The position numbers and the translations under genes are program-made. Shown here piece by piece: positions 8,436 to 18,242 of a DNA stretch of 28,944 bases. How positions within the stretch are numbered: the first letter of the stretch is position 1; the number at the start of each line of letters is the position of its first letter. Below the pieces are notes generated by a model. That model was given only the letters and a program-made list of their open reading frames with translations, did no database searches and had not been told where the DNA came from. Source of the stretch: a virus (lineage: Duplodnaviria; Caudoviricetes); the IMG/VR virus record IMGVR_UViG_3300044580_000534, positions 1-28,944 of that record, one strand, 5' to 3'.

Positions 8436-8816
8436 TCACTCTTCGTCAGGTGCCATTAGCCCAGCCGCTTTTAATTTTGAGAGAAGCGCATTGAAGTCCG
8501 TTACAAGTGCGGCTGTGTCCTCAGCTACACTATCAGCCTGATTTGCAGCCATTTTCACCAATCCTACGGCTTGCTCTGTAGCATCGGTAGGATAAGCTGG
8601 AGCATACAGCTTTCCATCTTCACCTATTTTAATTTCAACGGTGTCACTCTCGCCTGCGGCAGCGGCTTTTATACCACCGAGAGTCTCCTCGGTTGCCATA
8701 AGAAGCGGATTGGCAGAGAGTCCTGTTACCGTAGCTCCTTCTTTGATTTCGAGTGTTCCGCCTATGACAGTTTTCTCTCCGCCTTGTTCGGTGTAGTTCT
8801 TAGTGTTATAGCTCAT
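8436..8816 (-). CDS. Head fibre/decoration protein
   Basis: Directly after capsid gene; two fibre-type repeats ATEETLGGIK and ATEQAVGLVK; DFNALLSKLKAAG C-terminus. Confidence 0.7.
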   Translation of the reverse strand: MSYNTKNYTEQGGEKTVIGGTLEIKEGATVTGLSANPLLMATEETLGGIKAAAAGESDTVEIKIGEDGKLYAPAYPTDATEQAVGLVKMAANQADSVAEDTAALVTDFNALLSKLKAAGLMAPDEE

Positions 8817-8828
8817 ACTGCACCTCCA

Positions 8829-10034
8829 TTAAGCTTTCTGCTGGAGAACTTTTATAGCCTCCGGTAGAATCAGCTTTCCGTCTACACGCTGAGTAGCGAC
8901 AAAACCGACCTGTCCGGTGACAGCATAAAGCTCGTTGAGTCGCTTAAATACACGCCCTTGACGATCTGCTACCCAGTAATAGCTGAAGTCACCAAAGACA
9001 ATCGTCTTTGCAGACGCAGCAATAGTGGGCACATATGCCGAAGTATATAGCGGTCGATTTAGAATGGTGTCAGGTGTACCTGCCTGAACGGACGGCTGCC
9101 AGAGATACTGGCCTTGACCATCCTTTAGCTTGCGGATAGCCTTGACAGTTGCATCGTTCATGACAAAAACCGCTCTGTTGCGGTATGGTGCTTTCAGGCT
9201 GTAGAACAGATCGAGCACCTCGTCCATAGTAATTGCCGTAGCACTAGCAGTAGTAACACCGACTTGCGCTCCACCTGTAGCGGCGAGAATACCAGTTGGT
9301 TTACCAGAGCCATCACCAGTGAAAAAGGCTTCTTCTTCCTTATTGCCAATACGGCGAGCGAACTCTCTGGAGATGTAGGCTTCAAGGTCAAACACGGAGT
9401 CATTAAGCAGTTCCTCGGAAACCTTGATCAGAGTGCCCAGCTTATATGCCCCAATAGATACCTGGCCGAAGCTGTCATCGCTCTCGGGGATGGTTCCTTC
9501 CTCGTCAATCCATGCGGCAGTACCTTTAGTGGCTACAACTGGTATTTTTCTATCGCCAGAAGAAGTGGTGATAACGTTGGCCAGTGTACGGAAGATATTC
9601 TCATCCTCAAGCGCTTCTACAAGAGTACGCTCAAACTCATCGGGAACCAGATAGCCTCCCTCTGAATCAGTACCGATTTGCAGGGCATTTCTTACGGTTG
9701 GATCAAGTCCTTCTCCTGCACGAGTACGCATAGCACTCCAGAAAGCTTTTTTGTACTCTGCGGATGCACGACCAGTCTTTTCCTCAGCCACCTTGGAAGG
9801 AGCATTTGTAATAGGATTGCTGGTAGCTTTGGAAAGCTCTAAATCAATTACAGCTTGACGCTCAAGGCGTTCGATTTCCTTCCCCAGAGCCACAACTTCG
9901 TTTTCCATTTTTTCATAGGTAGCGGTATCCTCTGCTGACAAAAGCCCGTCGCCACCACGCTTGGCGTCAAGGAACGCTTTTGCAGCATCCCACGCCTTTG
10001 CACGCTTTTCACGCAGTTCAAGAATCTTATTCAT
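8829..10034 (-). CDS. HK97-fold major capsid protein
   Basis: N-terminal coiled-coil delta domain, GTDSEGGYLVP, KVSEELLNDS, FGDFSYY, RVDGKL. Confidence 0.95.
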   Translation of the reverse strand: MNKILELREKRAKAWDAAKAFLDAKRGGDGLLSAEDTATYEKMENEVVALGKEIERLERQAVIDLELSKATSNPITNAPSKVAEEKTGRASAEYKKAFWSAMRTRAGEGLDPTVRNALQIGTDSEGGYLVPDEFERTLVEALEDENIFRTLANVITTSSGDRKIPVVATKGTAAWIDEEGTIPESDDSFGQVSIGAYKLGTLIKVSEELLNDSVFDLEAYISREFARRIGNKEEEAFFTGDGSGKPTGILAATGGAQVGVTTASATAITMDEVLDLFYSLKAPYRNRAVFVMNDATVKAIRKLKDGQGQYLWQPSVQAGTPDTILNRPLYTSAYVPTIAASAKTIVFGDFSYYWVADRQGRVFKRLNELYAVTGQVGFVATQRVDGKLILPEAIKVLQQKA

Positions 10035-10054
10035 TTTGATGTTCCTCCTTCAAA

Positions 10055-10756
10055 TTAGTGAGAAATTAAAAAGAGCCGCTTTTCCAGCTGCTCTATTGGG
10101 GTACCGGTTTTTGGTTTTGGTTTCTTTGGCATCTTCCCGAGCAGAGAGTTGTACACCGCTGCACGAGAGAATATAAGGCCTTGTCCTGTATCCAGAGGAA
10201 TACGCTCTTCGCTCTCCATGAACAGAATTTTATCTGCAAATCCGAGCTCAATAGCTTTATTCGCATTCATCCATGTCTCAGCATCCATGAGATGAGAGAT
10301 CTTTGCTCGCGAAAGGCCTGACTTCAGTTCGTATGCATTGATGATGCTTTCCTTGACCTCATCCAGCAAGGCCTTGGCACGGAGCATCTCCTCGCTATCA
10401 CCGATGGCTATTGTTGATGGGTTATGAATCATCATCATGGATACCGGCGACATATATACATCGCCGCCAGCCATAGCGATGACAGAAGCGGCGCTTGCAG
10501 CAAGGCCATCAATCTTAACTGTGACCTTGCCGGTATAATCCATCAGCATGTTATATATCTGCGCAGCCGCAAATACATCCCCGCCGGGCGAGTTAATCCA
10601 AACCGTGACGTCACCTGTGCCTGCCATCAGTTCATCTCTAAACATCTTTGGAGTCACTTCGTCGCCATACCAGGTCTCGTCTGAAATTTCTCCGTTGAGG
10701 TATAAGGTGCGTTCTTCGGTAGTTTCATCTCGCACCCAATTCCAAAATTTCCTCAT
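10055..10756 (-). CDS. ClpP-type prohead maturation protease
   Basis: INSPGGDV, GLAASAASVI, MMIHNP, ETWM motifs. Confidence 0.93.
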   Translation of the reverse strand: MRKFWNWVRDETTEERTLYLNGEISDETWYGDEVTPKMFRDELMAGTGDVTVWINSPGGDVFAAAQIYNMLMDYTGKVTVKIDGLAASAASVIAMAGGDVYMSPVSMMMIHNPSTIAIGDSEEMLRAKALLDEVKESIINAYELKSGLSRAKISHLMDAETWMNANKAIELGFADKILFMESEERIPLDTGQGLIFSRAAVYNSLLGKMPKKPKPKTGTPIEQLEKRLFLISH

Positions 10757-12000
10757 TGGCTGTTAACCTCCTTTTGATAAAAATTACCTGCCTGTGAAAG
10801 AGGGAGCATGTTACCGTTCACCAGATACAGGTCTCCGCCTTCTTCAGCAGGGATACGGTTCATATCTTCAAGCTCCCGGATATCATTCGCTGACAGCCAG
10901 CCATTCTGACGTCCGACAGCATATCCGTTCATCCGGCTCTGGTAGTCGCCACGCAGCAGGCCATCTACATTGAACTTAATAAAGATTGAGTTCTTCTCAG
11001 ATGGCAAGAGTAACGATTGCTGAAGACTCTGCTCCCATCGCACCACCCATGGGTTAAGCGTGTATTTTACAAACTCCAGCGATTGCTGCTCAATGTTGGA
11101 GAAGCTGGACTTTTCAAGGTCACCCACCATGTGTGGAGGTATACGGAAAATCCTAGCGATTTCATTGATCTGGAATTTTCGTGTCTCCAAGAATTGAGCC
11201 TGCTCCGGAGGAATACCGATTGCCTGAAACTTCATTCCTTCCTCCAGCACAGCGATTCTATGGGCGTTTCCGCTGCCTTGATAAGCGCTGTTCCAACTGT
11301 CCTTGACTCTCTGTATGTCCTTGATTACACCGGGATGTTCCAGCACGCCACCTGGGTTTGCTCCATTTGCGAAGAATGAAGCACCGTATTCTTCAGTCGC
11401 AAGCGACATGCCGATGGCGTTTTTAGCCATAGCAATGGGACTGTATCCAATGAGACCGTCGAAGCCGAGTCCGGGTATGTGGAGTATCTCATCTCTGCGA
11501 AGTATCACTGTTCCGCTGCTGGGATTGATCCGACTTTCTTCGGAATCCCTGCGGTAGGTGTACATCAATTCTCCGTTTGAAGCCCGGCTAACTTCCATCT
11601 TGTTAGGAAGCAGTGGGTATAGTGCAATAGGCTGTCCGCGACCATTCCTTAAAATCTGCGCATAGGCATTGCCCCAAAGTAAAAGATGACTCATTAGTGT
11701 CTCTCGGAACACAAATGAAGTCATCTCTGGGTTAGGCTCATTATGAAGCAGATAATATAGTGGATGTTGCGGTATACGTTCTTTGCTTCCGTCCATTCGG
11801 TACTGGTAAACGTGTAGTGGAAGTCCGGCTATAGCCTCGGATAGTATCCTTACGCAGGCATACACTGCAGCTGATTGCATTGCAGTCCGTTCGTTAACTG
11901 TCTTTCCACTGGTAGTGCTGCCAAACAGAAATGAGAACGCGCTACCGATACGATTTTTAGGTTTATCACGTGATCTAAATAAACCTGAAAATATACTCAT
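10753..12000 (-). CDS. HK97-family portal protein
   Basis: AVYACVRILSE, LWGNAY, GLIGYSPI, IARIFRIPP, FSNIEQQ. Confidence 0.95.
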   Translation of the reverse strand: MSIFSGLFRSRDKPKNRIGSAFSFLFGSTTSGKTVNERTAMQSAAVYACVRILSEAIAGLPLHVYQYRMDGSKERIPQHPLYYLLHNEPNPEMTSFVFRETLMSHLLLWGNAYAQILRNGRGQPIALYPLLPNKMEVSRASNGELMYTYRRDSEESRINPSSGTVILRRDEILHIPGLGFDGLIGYSPIAMAKNAIGMSLATEEYGASFFANGANPGGVLEHPGVIKDIQRVKDSWNSAYQGSGNAHRIAVLEEGMKFQAIGIPPEQAQFLETRKFQINEIARIFRIPPHMVGDLEKSSFSNIEQQSLEFVKYTLNPWVVRWEQSLQQSLLLPSEKNSIFIKFNVDGLLRGDYQSRMNGYAVGRQNGWLSANDIRELEDMNRIPAEEGGDLYLVNGNMLPLSQAGNFYQKEVNSQ

Positions 12001-13601
12001 AAAATAAGCAACCCCCTCTCGTTATACACAGACTCGCCGCTATTTCCATGTCCACAACGAATGGCGCGGTCAAGTGCCATAATTGTTGCTACCGCGCCAT
12101 CTATTCTTTCTGTACTCTTCTCCTTATCTGGCTTTATGTTTCCTGCCGGATCGGTCTTGATGTAGATGTTATCCAACATCCAACGGAGTACAGGGTGACC
12201 ACCGTGGGCGATTTTCTGTTCAAGTGTCAACTTCATTAGTTCCTTGGTAGGTGGAGACATATCTTTAAAGCCCTGTCCGAAGGGAACGACTGTAAACCCG
12301 AGTCCCTCGAGGTTCTGTGTCATCTGAACAGCTCCCCATCGGTCAAAGGCAATTTCCCGGATGTTATACTTCATTCCGAGTTGCTCAATATAGCTTTCAA
12401 TAAAGCCATAATGCACAACATTTCCTTCCGTCGTCATAAGGTGTCCCTGCTTTACCCAGAGGTCGTACTGGACATGATCACGACGTACCCTGAGATCAAT
12501 GTTGTCCTCCGGCATCCAGAAAAATGGGAGTATCTCATATTTGTCCTCCTCGTTCTGTGGCGGGAATACCAACACGAAAGCTGTAATGTCCGTTGTAGAA
12601 GAGAGATCAAGCCCTCCATAGCATACCCGCCCCTCTAAGCTGTCGGCATCAACCGGGAATGCGCAGGCATCCCACTTTGCCATTGGCATCCAACGTACGG
12701 CTTGTTTGACCCATTGATTAAGCCGGAGCTGCCTGAAGCTGTTTTCTTCGGCCGGATTTTGTTTTGCACTTTCACAGGCAGCCCGAACCTTATCAATCCC
12801 AACCGTTATTCCAAGGGAAGGATTCGCTTTCCTCCATACTTTTGGATCAGTCCAATCATCATCTTCCTTGGCACCATAGATCACGGGATAGAAAGTAGGA
12901 TCATGTTTTCTGCCTTCTAAAATGTCCAGCGCTTTCTGGTGTGTTTCATAGCAGATGCTCTGGGTATCTGATCCTGCTGTGGTGATGAGAAAATATAGCG
13001 GCTGCATTCTTGCATCGCCAGAACCCTTTGTCATAACATCGAACAACTTCCTGTTTGGCTGGGTATGCAATTCGTCGAACACCACACCGTGGATGTTGAA
13101 GCCGTGCTTGGAATAAGCCTCAGCTGACAGCACCTGATAGAAGCTGTTGGTTGGAAGATATATCAGTCGCTTTGTTGAAGCCAGTATCTTTACACGCCGC
13201 GACAGGGCAGGGCACATACGTACCATGTCGGCTGCCACCTCAAAAACAATGGAAGCCTGCTGGCGATCAGCCGCACAGCCATATACTTCGGCACGTTCTT
13301 CGCCATCACCGCAGGTCAGTAAAAGGGCAATAGCTGCAGCAAGCTCTGATTTGCCCTGCTTTTTTGGAATCTCAACATACGCCGTATTGAACTGACGGTA
13401 ACCATTAGGCTTTAGAATGCCGAATATGTCACGGACTATCTGCTCCTGCCAGTCGATAAGCTCAAAAGGCTTTCCCGCCCATGAGCCTTTCGTATGGGAA
13501 AGAGCCTGTATAAAAGAAACCGCATAGTCTGCGGCATCTTTATCATAATAAGAGCCTTCGGCCATGAAGGCGGTTGGCTTGTATTTCTTTAATTTACGCA
13601 T
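11997..13601 (-). CDS. terL: Terminase large subunit
   Basis: Walker A PKKQGKS, Walker B VVFDE, nuclease GLDLSS and RIDGAVA. Confidence 0.95.
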   Translation of the reverse strand: MRKLKKYKPTAFMAEGSYYDKDAADYAVSFIQALSHTKGSWAGKPFELIDWQEQIVRDIFGILKPNGYRQFNTAYVEIPKKQGKSELAAAIALLLTCGDGEERAEVYGCAADRQQASIVFEVAADMVRMCPALSRRVKILASTKRLIYLPTNSFYQVLSAEAYSKHGFNIHGVVFDELHTQPNRKLFDVMTKGSGDARMQPLYFLITTAGSDTQSICYETHQKALDILEGRKHDPTFYPVIYGAKEDDDWTDPKVWRKANPSLGITVGIDKVRAACESAKQNPAEENSFRQLRLNQWVKQAVRWMPMAKWDACAFPVDADSLEGRVCYGGLDLSSTTDITAFVLVFPPQNEEDKYEILPFFWMPEDNIDLRVRRDHVQYDLWVKQGHLMTTEGNVVHYGFIESYIEQLGMKYNIREIAFDRWGAVQMTQNLEGLGFTVVPFGQGFKDMSPPTKELMKLTLEQKIAHGGHPVLRWMLDNIYIKTDPAGNIKPDKEKSTERIDGAVATIMALDRAIRCGHGNSGESVYNERGLLIL

Positions 13602-13622
13602 AGGCGCCCGCCTCCTTTATGA

Positions 13623-13674
13623 AAATAGGCAAAAGGAAAGAGCCTCCGTAGAAGCCCTTTGCTTTTGCCTATTT
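13623..13674 (-). terminator. Long hairpin closing the amidoligase cassette
   Basis: Perfect 13-bp outer stem AAATAGGCAAAAG/CTTTTGCCTATTT. Inner stem has G-U pairs and a cUACGg tetraloop only on the - strand. Confidence 0.7.
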
Positions 13675-13679
13675 CTTAT

Positions 13680-13868
13680 TTATTTTGTTTCTTGCGTTTC
13701 ACCGGTTAAAATGAAACGACAGTATTCAGCTTTGTGGTCAATGAGGTAAGCTACCAGTTCATAGTAGCCATGCTCGTTTGCTTCATATTGTACACGATTC
13801 ACATCAAACATATTTGTGACACCACTATCTCGTATAGCAAGGATTTGTTCCTTTATTTTTTCAGTCAT
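13680..13868 (-). CDS. DUF5049-like small protein
   Basis: IKEQILAIRDSGVTNMFD...YCRFILTG; ATG13868 is coupled to the GGCT stop. Confidence 0.8.
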   Translation of the reverse strand: MTEKIKEQILAIRDSGVTNMFDVNRVQYEANEHGYYELVAYLIDHKAEYCRFILTGETQETK

Positions 13869-14319
13869 CAGTGGGTACCTCTTTCTCCACAGAGTCAATG
13901 GTAGCCTGGCGCAGGATATCCAAGTCAAAGCCCGCGTCCTTGTAGCCTTCCAAAATAGTGGTATAGTAATAGCAACTTGGCTGGCCAAGCGGTCTACCCT
14001 CGTTCATCACATACATCATAGCTTTGACATTCTTGCCACCCAGTTTTACCTTTACTGTTTCCTTTCGATAAAGAAAGGGCCAGCCTTCATAGCGGTCGAG
14101 CGCGGCCTCGTCTGCAGGAGTCAGTTCCCAAACCAATACAGGGACGCTGCCGCTCTTAAAGGGTTCTACTGTCGCCACCGCACCCGCATGTGCACCCCGA
14201 AATAGGAGCCGCCAATCTTTCAGTATGCTAGTACCCACTTCCTTTGCTGTGGGGCATCGGCTTGCCATCTGTTTTATGTTAAGGTTTGAGCCGTAGGCAA
14301 TGTACAGTTTTTTATCCAT
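13861..14319 (-). CDS. Gamma-glutamylcyclotransferase (AIG2-like)
   Basis: YIAYGSNL and LDRYEGWP motifs; AAGGAGG SD before ATG14319. Confidence 0.9.
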   Translation of the reverse strand: MDKKLYIAYGSNLNIKQMASRCPTAKEVGTSILKDWRLLFRGAHAGAVATVEPFKSGSVPVLVWELTPADEAALDRYEGWPFLYRKETVKVKLGGKNVKAMMYVMNEGRPLGQPSCYYYTTILEGYKDAGFDLDILRQATIDSVEKEVPTDD

Positions 14320-14363
14320 TATTCTTTGTATCCTCCTTCTTGAGCTTAGGTTTCTCGGACGGT

Positions 14364-15263
14364 TCAGGCCGCCCGAAATCGCCATGCCGCCGATCCATTT
14401 AAGTGAGCTGTCAGGTGTTCGCGGCAGTTTGCAAACTCCTCACCGATAAAGCCAATGCGGTTTAAGTAAGTCCGCATGGCAAACTTTTCGTTCTCTGTCT
14501 GCGGCTTCTTTGCTGATGCACATTTTTGCGTAAGCGCCTGATGGTTAAGGGCCAAGGCTAAAACCACATAGCTTCTTATCTTGCCAGCATGAAGCTCACT
14601 ATTAAATCCCCTAAGCTCTACTGTGTGATTACCGGTGAAAAAGCTGTGTAGATTCAGGAAATGGTAACGGCTGTTGTGATAATGCTTGTCGCGGCTCTCA
14701 CTGTAGCCTTCGTACCAAATCTCCTCAATTGCTCGCATGGTTTTAGGTTTGCGACGGTTCATTTTGTCGACCAGTATGCTGTCCATCTTCTTGCAATAAT
14801 TTATCCTCTCTGGCGCTATTTGAAGAGCCTTGTAAAAGAGGTCATTCTTGCTGGCGATGATGTTAATAAAGTTTCGGATGCTCCTTGGTGTGTGGTTGGA
14901 ACCGTCGAGGTGAATGTGTATGCCGCAGGAAGCATTCGCAAAAGCCCCAGCTTTTCTCAACCGTCTGACTAATTCCTGCAGGCATTCTATGTCCTCCCGG
15001 TAGGTGAGGATGGGGCTGACCAGTTCCACACTATATTCACGGGTAGCAGAAACCTTTTGACGGCCACTTCGCTTTTGGCAGGAGATACTTCCGTCGCTCA
15101 TGATTTTCCAAACCCGTCCGTCCGGCGCTGTGACTTTCTTGGTGTCGTAATAGTCGCCTACGCTGGTAATTGTCCCACCAAGGTATTCAGCAGTAACTCT
15201 TGCTGCTTCGCTTCTCGTAATACCTGTAAATTCAATTTCAATTCCAAATCTGCTTGTCAACAC
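14364..15263 (-). CDS. Putative amidoligase (COOH-NH2 ligase, Amidoligase_2)
   Basis: FGIEIE, DGSI, ELVSPIL, CGIHIH, RYHFLN, TVELRGF. GTG start after AGGAGG. Confidence 0.9.
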   Translation of the reverse strand: MLTSRFGIEIEFTGITRSEAARVTAEYLGGTITSVGDYYDTKKVTAPDGRVWKIMSDGSISCQKRSGRQKVSATREYSVELVSPILTYREDIECLQELVRRLRKAGAFANASCGIHIHLDGSNHTPRSIRNFINIIASKNDLFYKALQIAPERINYCKKMDSILVDKMNRRKPKTMRAIEEIWYEGYSESRDKHYHNSRYHFLNLHSFFTGNHTVELRGFNSELHAGKIRSYVVLALALNHQALTQKCASAKKPQTENEKFAMRTYLNRIGFIGEEFANCREHLTAHLNGSAAWRFRAA

Positions 15264-15307
15264 TGTGATTTTCCTCCTGTACTTGTATGCTTTGTGCCTT
15301 TTGGCAT

Positions 15308-15342
15308 GTACATATATCACTCTAAAAGGCTTATATAGCAAG
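15308..15342 (-). promoter_or_regulatory. Putative sigmaA-type promoter of amidoligase cassette
   Basis: CTTGCTA...AGAGTGATATATGTA in an AT-rich intergenic gap; -35-like TTGCTA and TG-extended -10-like TATATG, with imperfect spacing. Confidence 0.45.
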
Positions 15343-15405
15343 CAATATTCAAGAGAAAAAACACACAAATATATGGATGGAGTAGGCTACACTGAGCCTA
15401 ATACT

Positions 15406-15630
15406 TTACAGCTTTTTCACTATATCCTCACCATACACGACACCAAGGCTTGAACCTCTATCCCAAGTACAGAATATCGTACCTGTATCATCCACGAAGT
15501 CCACTGTACCTTTGTCACCAGGTCTCAATTTGGAATACTGGTCGTTCATTCGTACCAGTTCAACACGAGTTCCAGCTGGGTATTGCTTTCGGAGTCTCTC
15601 CACGGTCTCCTTTGAAGGGAACTTATTCAT
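15406..15630 (-). CDS. DUF4314-like protein
   Basis: YPAGTRVELVRMND, GTVDFVDDTG, WDRGSSLGVVYGED. Confidence 0.85.
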   Translation of the reverse strand: MNKFPSKETVERLRKQYPAGTRVELVRMNDQYSKLRPGDKGTVDFVDDTGTIFCTWDRGSSLGVVYGEDIVKKL

Positions 15631-16188
15631 GATTTGATACCTCCGTCACTTTGGCTGGAGCGCCATTCTTAAATGCGCTATTGCCAGTTAGGTTTCTGAG
15701 CAGGATTTTTCGCGCAGTTTTATACTCGTCTCCGACAAAGCCCAATCTTATTAGGAACACTCGAAAAGCGAACTTCTCATTCTCCACAGTTTTATCCTTA
15801 GCAGTCACGCGGTGCTGCTCTTTTGCAGCTGCACAGAGGGCACCAATGAAGCGAGAGTAAGCAGAAACCTCCTCAGGCTCAATTCCGAAGCGGAACCATG
15901 GAAACTTGATCGTTGTTTCCGTCCGTTCTATAGGCAACTTATTAACTCCGATTGCCTTTTTAATGAGAGACTCTTTGCTTGCGATGAGCCGTTTCAGATT
16001 CTCAAATGCTGCGTCGCTAAACCCATCAAGCGGCATCTCTATCGTAAGCGTGTCACATAGCTCATCGGTGCCTGCTTCATCACTTTCGTAGGTAAAGCCG
16101 AGTTCCAGAAGTTTTTTCAGTAAGTTTTGCATGATTACCTCATCCGTGCGCTCATCCCATGAAAGAGCACCGTCCTTGCTGATGGTGA
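15623..16188 (-). pseudogene. Phage 'virulence-related' hypothetical protein, 5'-truncated at inversion junction
   Basis: ENEKFAFRVFLIRLGFVG...ARKILLRNLTGNSAFK C-terminus. The frame extends upstream (TISKDGALSWD) to the junction without a proper start. Confidence 0.75.
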
Positions 16189-16266
16189 GACGGAGAGCCG
16201 CTGGGCAGTCGCTCTAATGCAGTAGACGATTTTGCTACAGACAGCGACGATGATTTCCTGTCATGA
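16189..16266 (+). pseudogene. C-terminal 25 codons of DUF2815-family ssDNA-binding protein
   Basis: DGEPLGSRSNAVDDFATDSDDDFLS* with ATGA overlap onto the PolA start; the rest of the gene is missing. Confidence 0.8.
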
Positions 16267-18236
16267 GAGATCTCTTTATAGACATTGAAACATATAGCGG
16301 AACAGACCTCGGTAAATCCGGGGTCTATCGCTATTCAGAAGCACCAGACTTTGAGGTACTCCTCTTTGGATACTCTGCAGATGATGGCGAAGTACATGTT
16401 ATTGATCTGGCTTCGGGAGAAGCTCTACCACCTGAAGTTCTAGAAGCACTAACAGACGAAGCAGTTGTGAAATGGGCACATAATGCGCAGTTCGAGCGGA
16501 TTTGCTTGTCACGCTGGCTGGAGCGCCAAGGTATCAACTTAAAAGCTTTGAGTGGAAATAGTAATTTCCTTAACCCGGCATCTTGGCGTTGCACGATGGT
16601 GTGGTCTGCCTATCTCGGATTGCCCCTCTCGCTGGAAGGGGCTGCTTTGGTAACAGGTGCGGAGAAACAGAAACTGACCGAGGGCAAAGATCTCATTAGA
16701 TATTTCTCCTCGCCATGTAAGCCCACTAAGTCCAACGGTGGACGCACACGCAACCTGCCAATTCATGCTCCAGATAAGTGGGATAGATTTAAGGAATATA
16801 ACGCTCGCGATGTCGAGACTGAAATAGCAATAATGAAGCGGCTTTCAAATTTCCCTGTGCCGGAGATTGAGTGGAAGTACTACATCCTTGATCAGGAGAT
16901 TAATGATCGGGGCATCTGTTTAGATATGGATCTGATTAGAGAGGCCATCCGTTGTGACAGGCGATCAAGGGCTGCTCTTACAGAAGCTATGCGAGAAATT
17001 ACCGACCTGGACAATCCCAACTCTGTTACTCAGATGAAGGTGTGGCTTGCTGAAAATGGTTTGGAAACTGAAACACTCGGTAAATCAGCCGTCAAGGAAC
17101 TAATGAAAACAGCACCGGAGAGTATTCGAGAGGTGCTGGCGTTACGGCAAGACCTGGCCAAGAGCAGCGTCAAGAAATACACGGCTATGGAGAATGCGGT
17201 ATGTTCGGACAGCAGGGCCAGAGGTCTATTGCAGTTTTACGGTGCAAATCGAACCGGCCGGTTTGCTGGAAGATTAATTCAGGTTCAAAATCTTCCGCAG
17301 AACCATTTACCTGATCTGGTTCAGGCTCGTCAGCTTGTAAAGTCTGGTGACTTCGATACTTTGGAAGTCCTATACGATTCCGTACCGAGCGCCCTATCGG
17401 AGCTAATCCGTACTGCCTTTGTACCTAAGCCTGGCTTCAAGTTTATTGTCGCTGATTTCAGTGCAATTGAAGCCCGTGTCATTGCATGGCTTGCCGGAGA
17501 ACAGTGGCGAAATGAGGTGTTCGCAACCCATGGGAAAATCTATGAAGCATCGGCGAGCCAGATGTTCCGTGTTCCTATCGAGGAAATCACAAAAGGCAGT
17601 CCCCTTCGGCAAAAGGGCAAGATCGCTGAGTTGGCTCTCGGTTACGGTGGCTCGGTCGGAGCTCTCAAAGCAATGGGCGCTCTTGATATGGGCCTTAATG
17701 AGGAAGAACTCCAGCCCTTGGTAACGGCATGGCGTGCAGCTAACCCCAACATCACTAGACTATGGTGGGATGTTGACCGTGCAGCAAAAACAGCAGTGCG
17801 TGAAAAGACCACAGAACAAACACACAACATCCTCTTTGAATACCGCAGTGGATTTCTCTTTATTACGCTCCCGTCTGGCAGAAGGCTCGCTTATGTTAAG
17901 CCCCGCATCGAAGTTAACCGCTTTGGCTCCGAATCGGTAACATACGAAGGAGTTGGTGCTTCGAAAAAATGGGAGCGCATCGAAAGCTATGGCCCGAAAT
18001 TTGTAGAAAACATCGTGCAGGCAATAAGCCGAGACATTCTCTGTTATGCAATGCAACGGCTTAATAGTATGGGTTTTTCCGTTGTTATGCATGTCCATGA
18101 TGAGGTGGTCATAGAGACAGCCTGTGATGTGTCACCGGAGGATGTTTGCCACATTATGAGTGAAACACCGCCTTGGGCGGAGGGCCTATTACTCCGCGCC
18201 GATGGTTTCGAATGTCAGTTTTATAAAAAAGACTGA
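16263..18236 (+). CDS. polA: Phage family A DNA polymerase
   Basis: DIET exonuclease, RTGRFAG, motif A VADFSAIEARV, motif B RQKGKIAELALGYG, motif C HVHDEVV. Confidence 0.95.
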   Translation: MRDLFIDIETYSGTDLGKSGVYRYSEAPDFEVLLFGYSADDGEVHVIDLASGEALPPEVLEALTDEAVVKWAHNAQFERICLSRWLERQGINLKALSGNSNFLNPASWRCTMVWSAYLGLPLSLEGAALVTGAEKQKLTEGKDLIRYFSSPCKPTKSNGGRTRNLPIHAPDKWDRFKEYNARDVETEIAIMKRLSNFPVPEIEWKYYILDQEINDRGICLDMDLIREAIRCDRRSRAALTEAMREITDLDNPNSVTQMKVWLAENGLETETLGKSAVKELMKTAPESIREVLALRQDLAKSSVKKYTAMENAVCSDSRARGLLQFYGANRTGRFAGRLIQVQNLPQNHLPDLVQARQLVKSGDFDTLEVLYDSVPSALSELIRTAFVPKPGFKFIVADFSAIEARVIAWLAGEQWRNEVFATHGKIYEASASQMFRVPIEEITKGSPLRQKGKIAELALGYGGSVGALKAMGALDMGLNEEELQPLVTAWRAANPNITRLWWDVDRAAKTAVREKTTEQTHNILFEYRSGFLFITLPSGRRLAYVKPRIEVNRFGSESVTYEGVGASKKWERIESYGPKFVENIVQAISRDILCYAMQRLNSMGFSVVMHVHDEVVIETACDVSPEDVCHIMSETPPWAEGLLLRADGFECQFYKKD

Positions 18237-18242
18237 TCTTGT

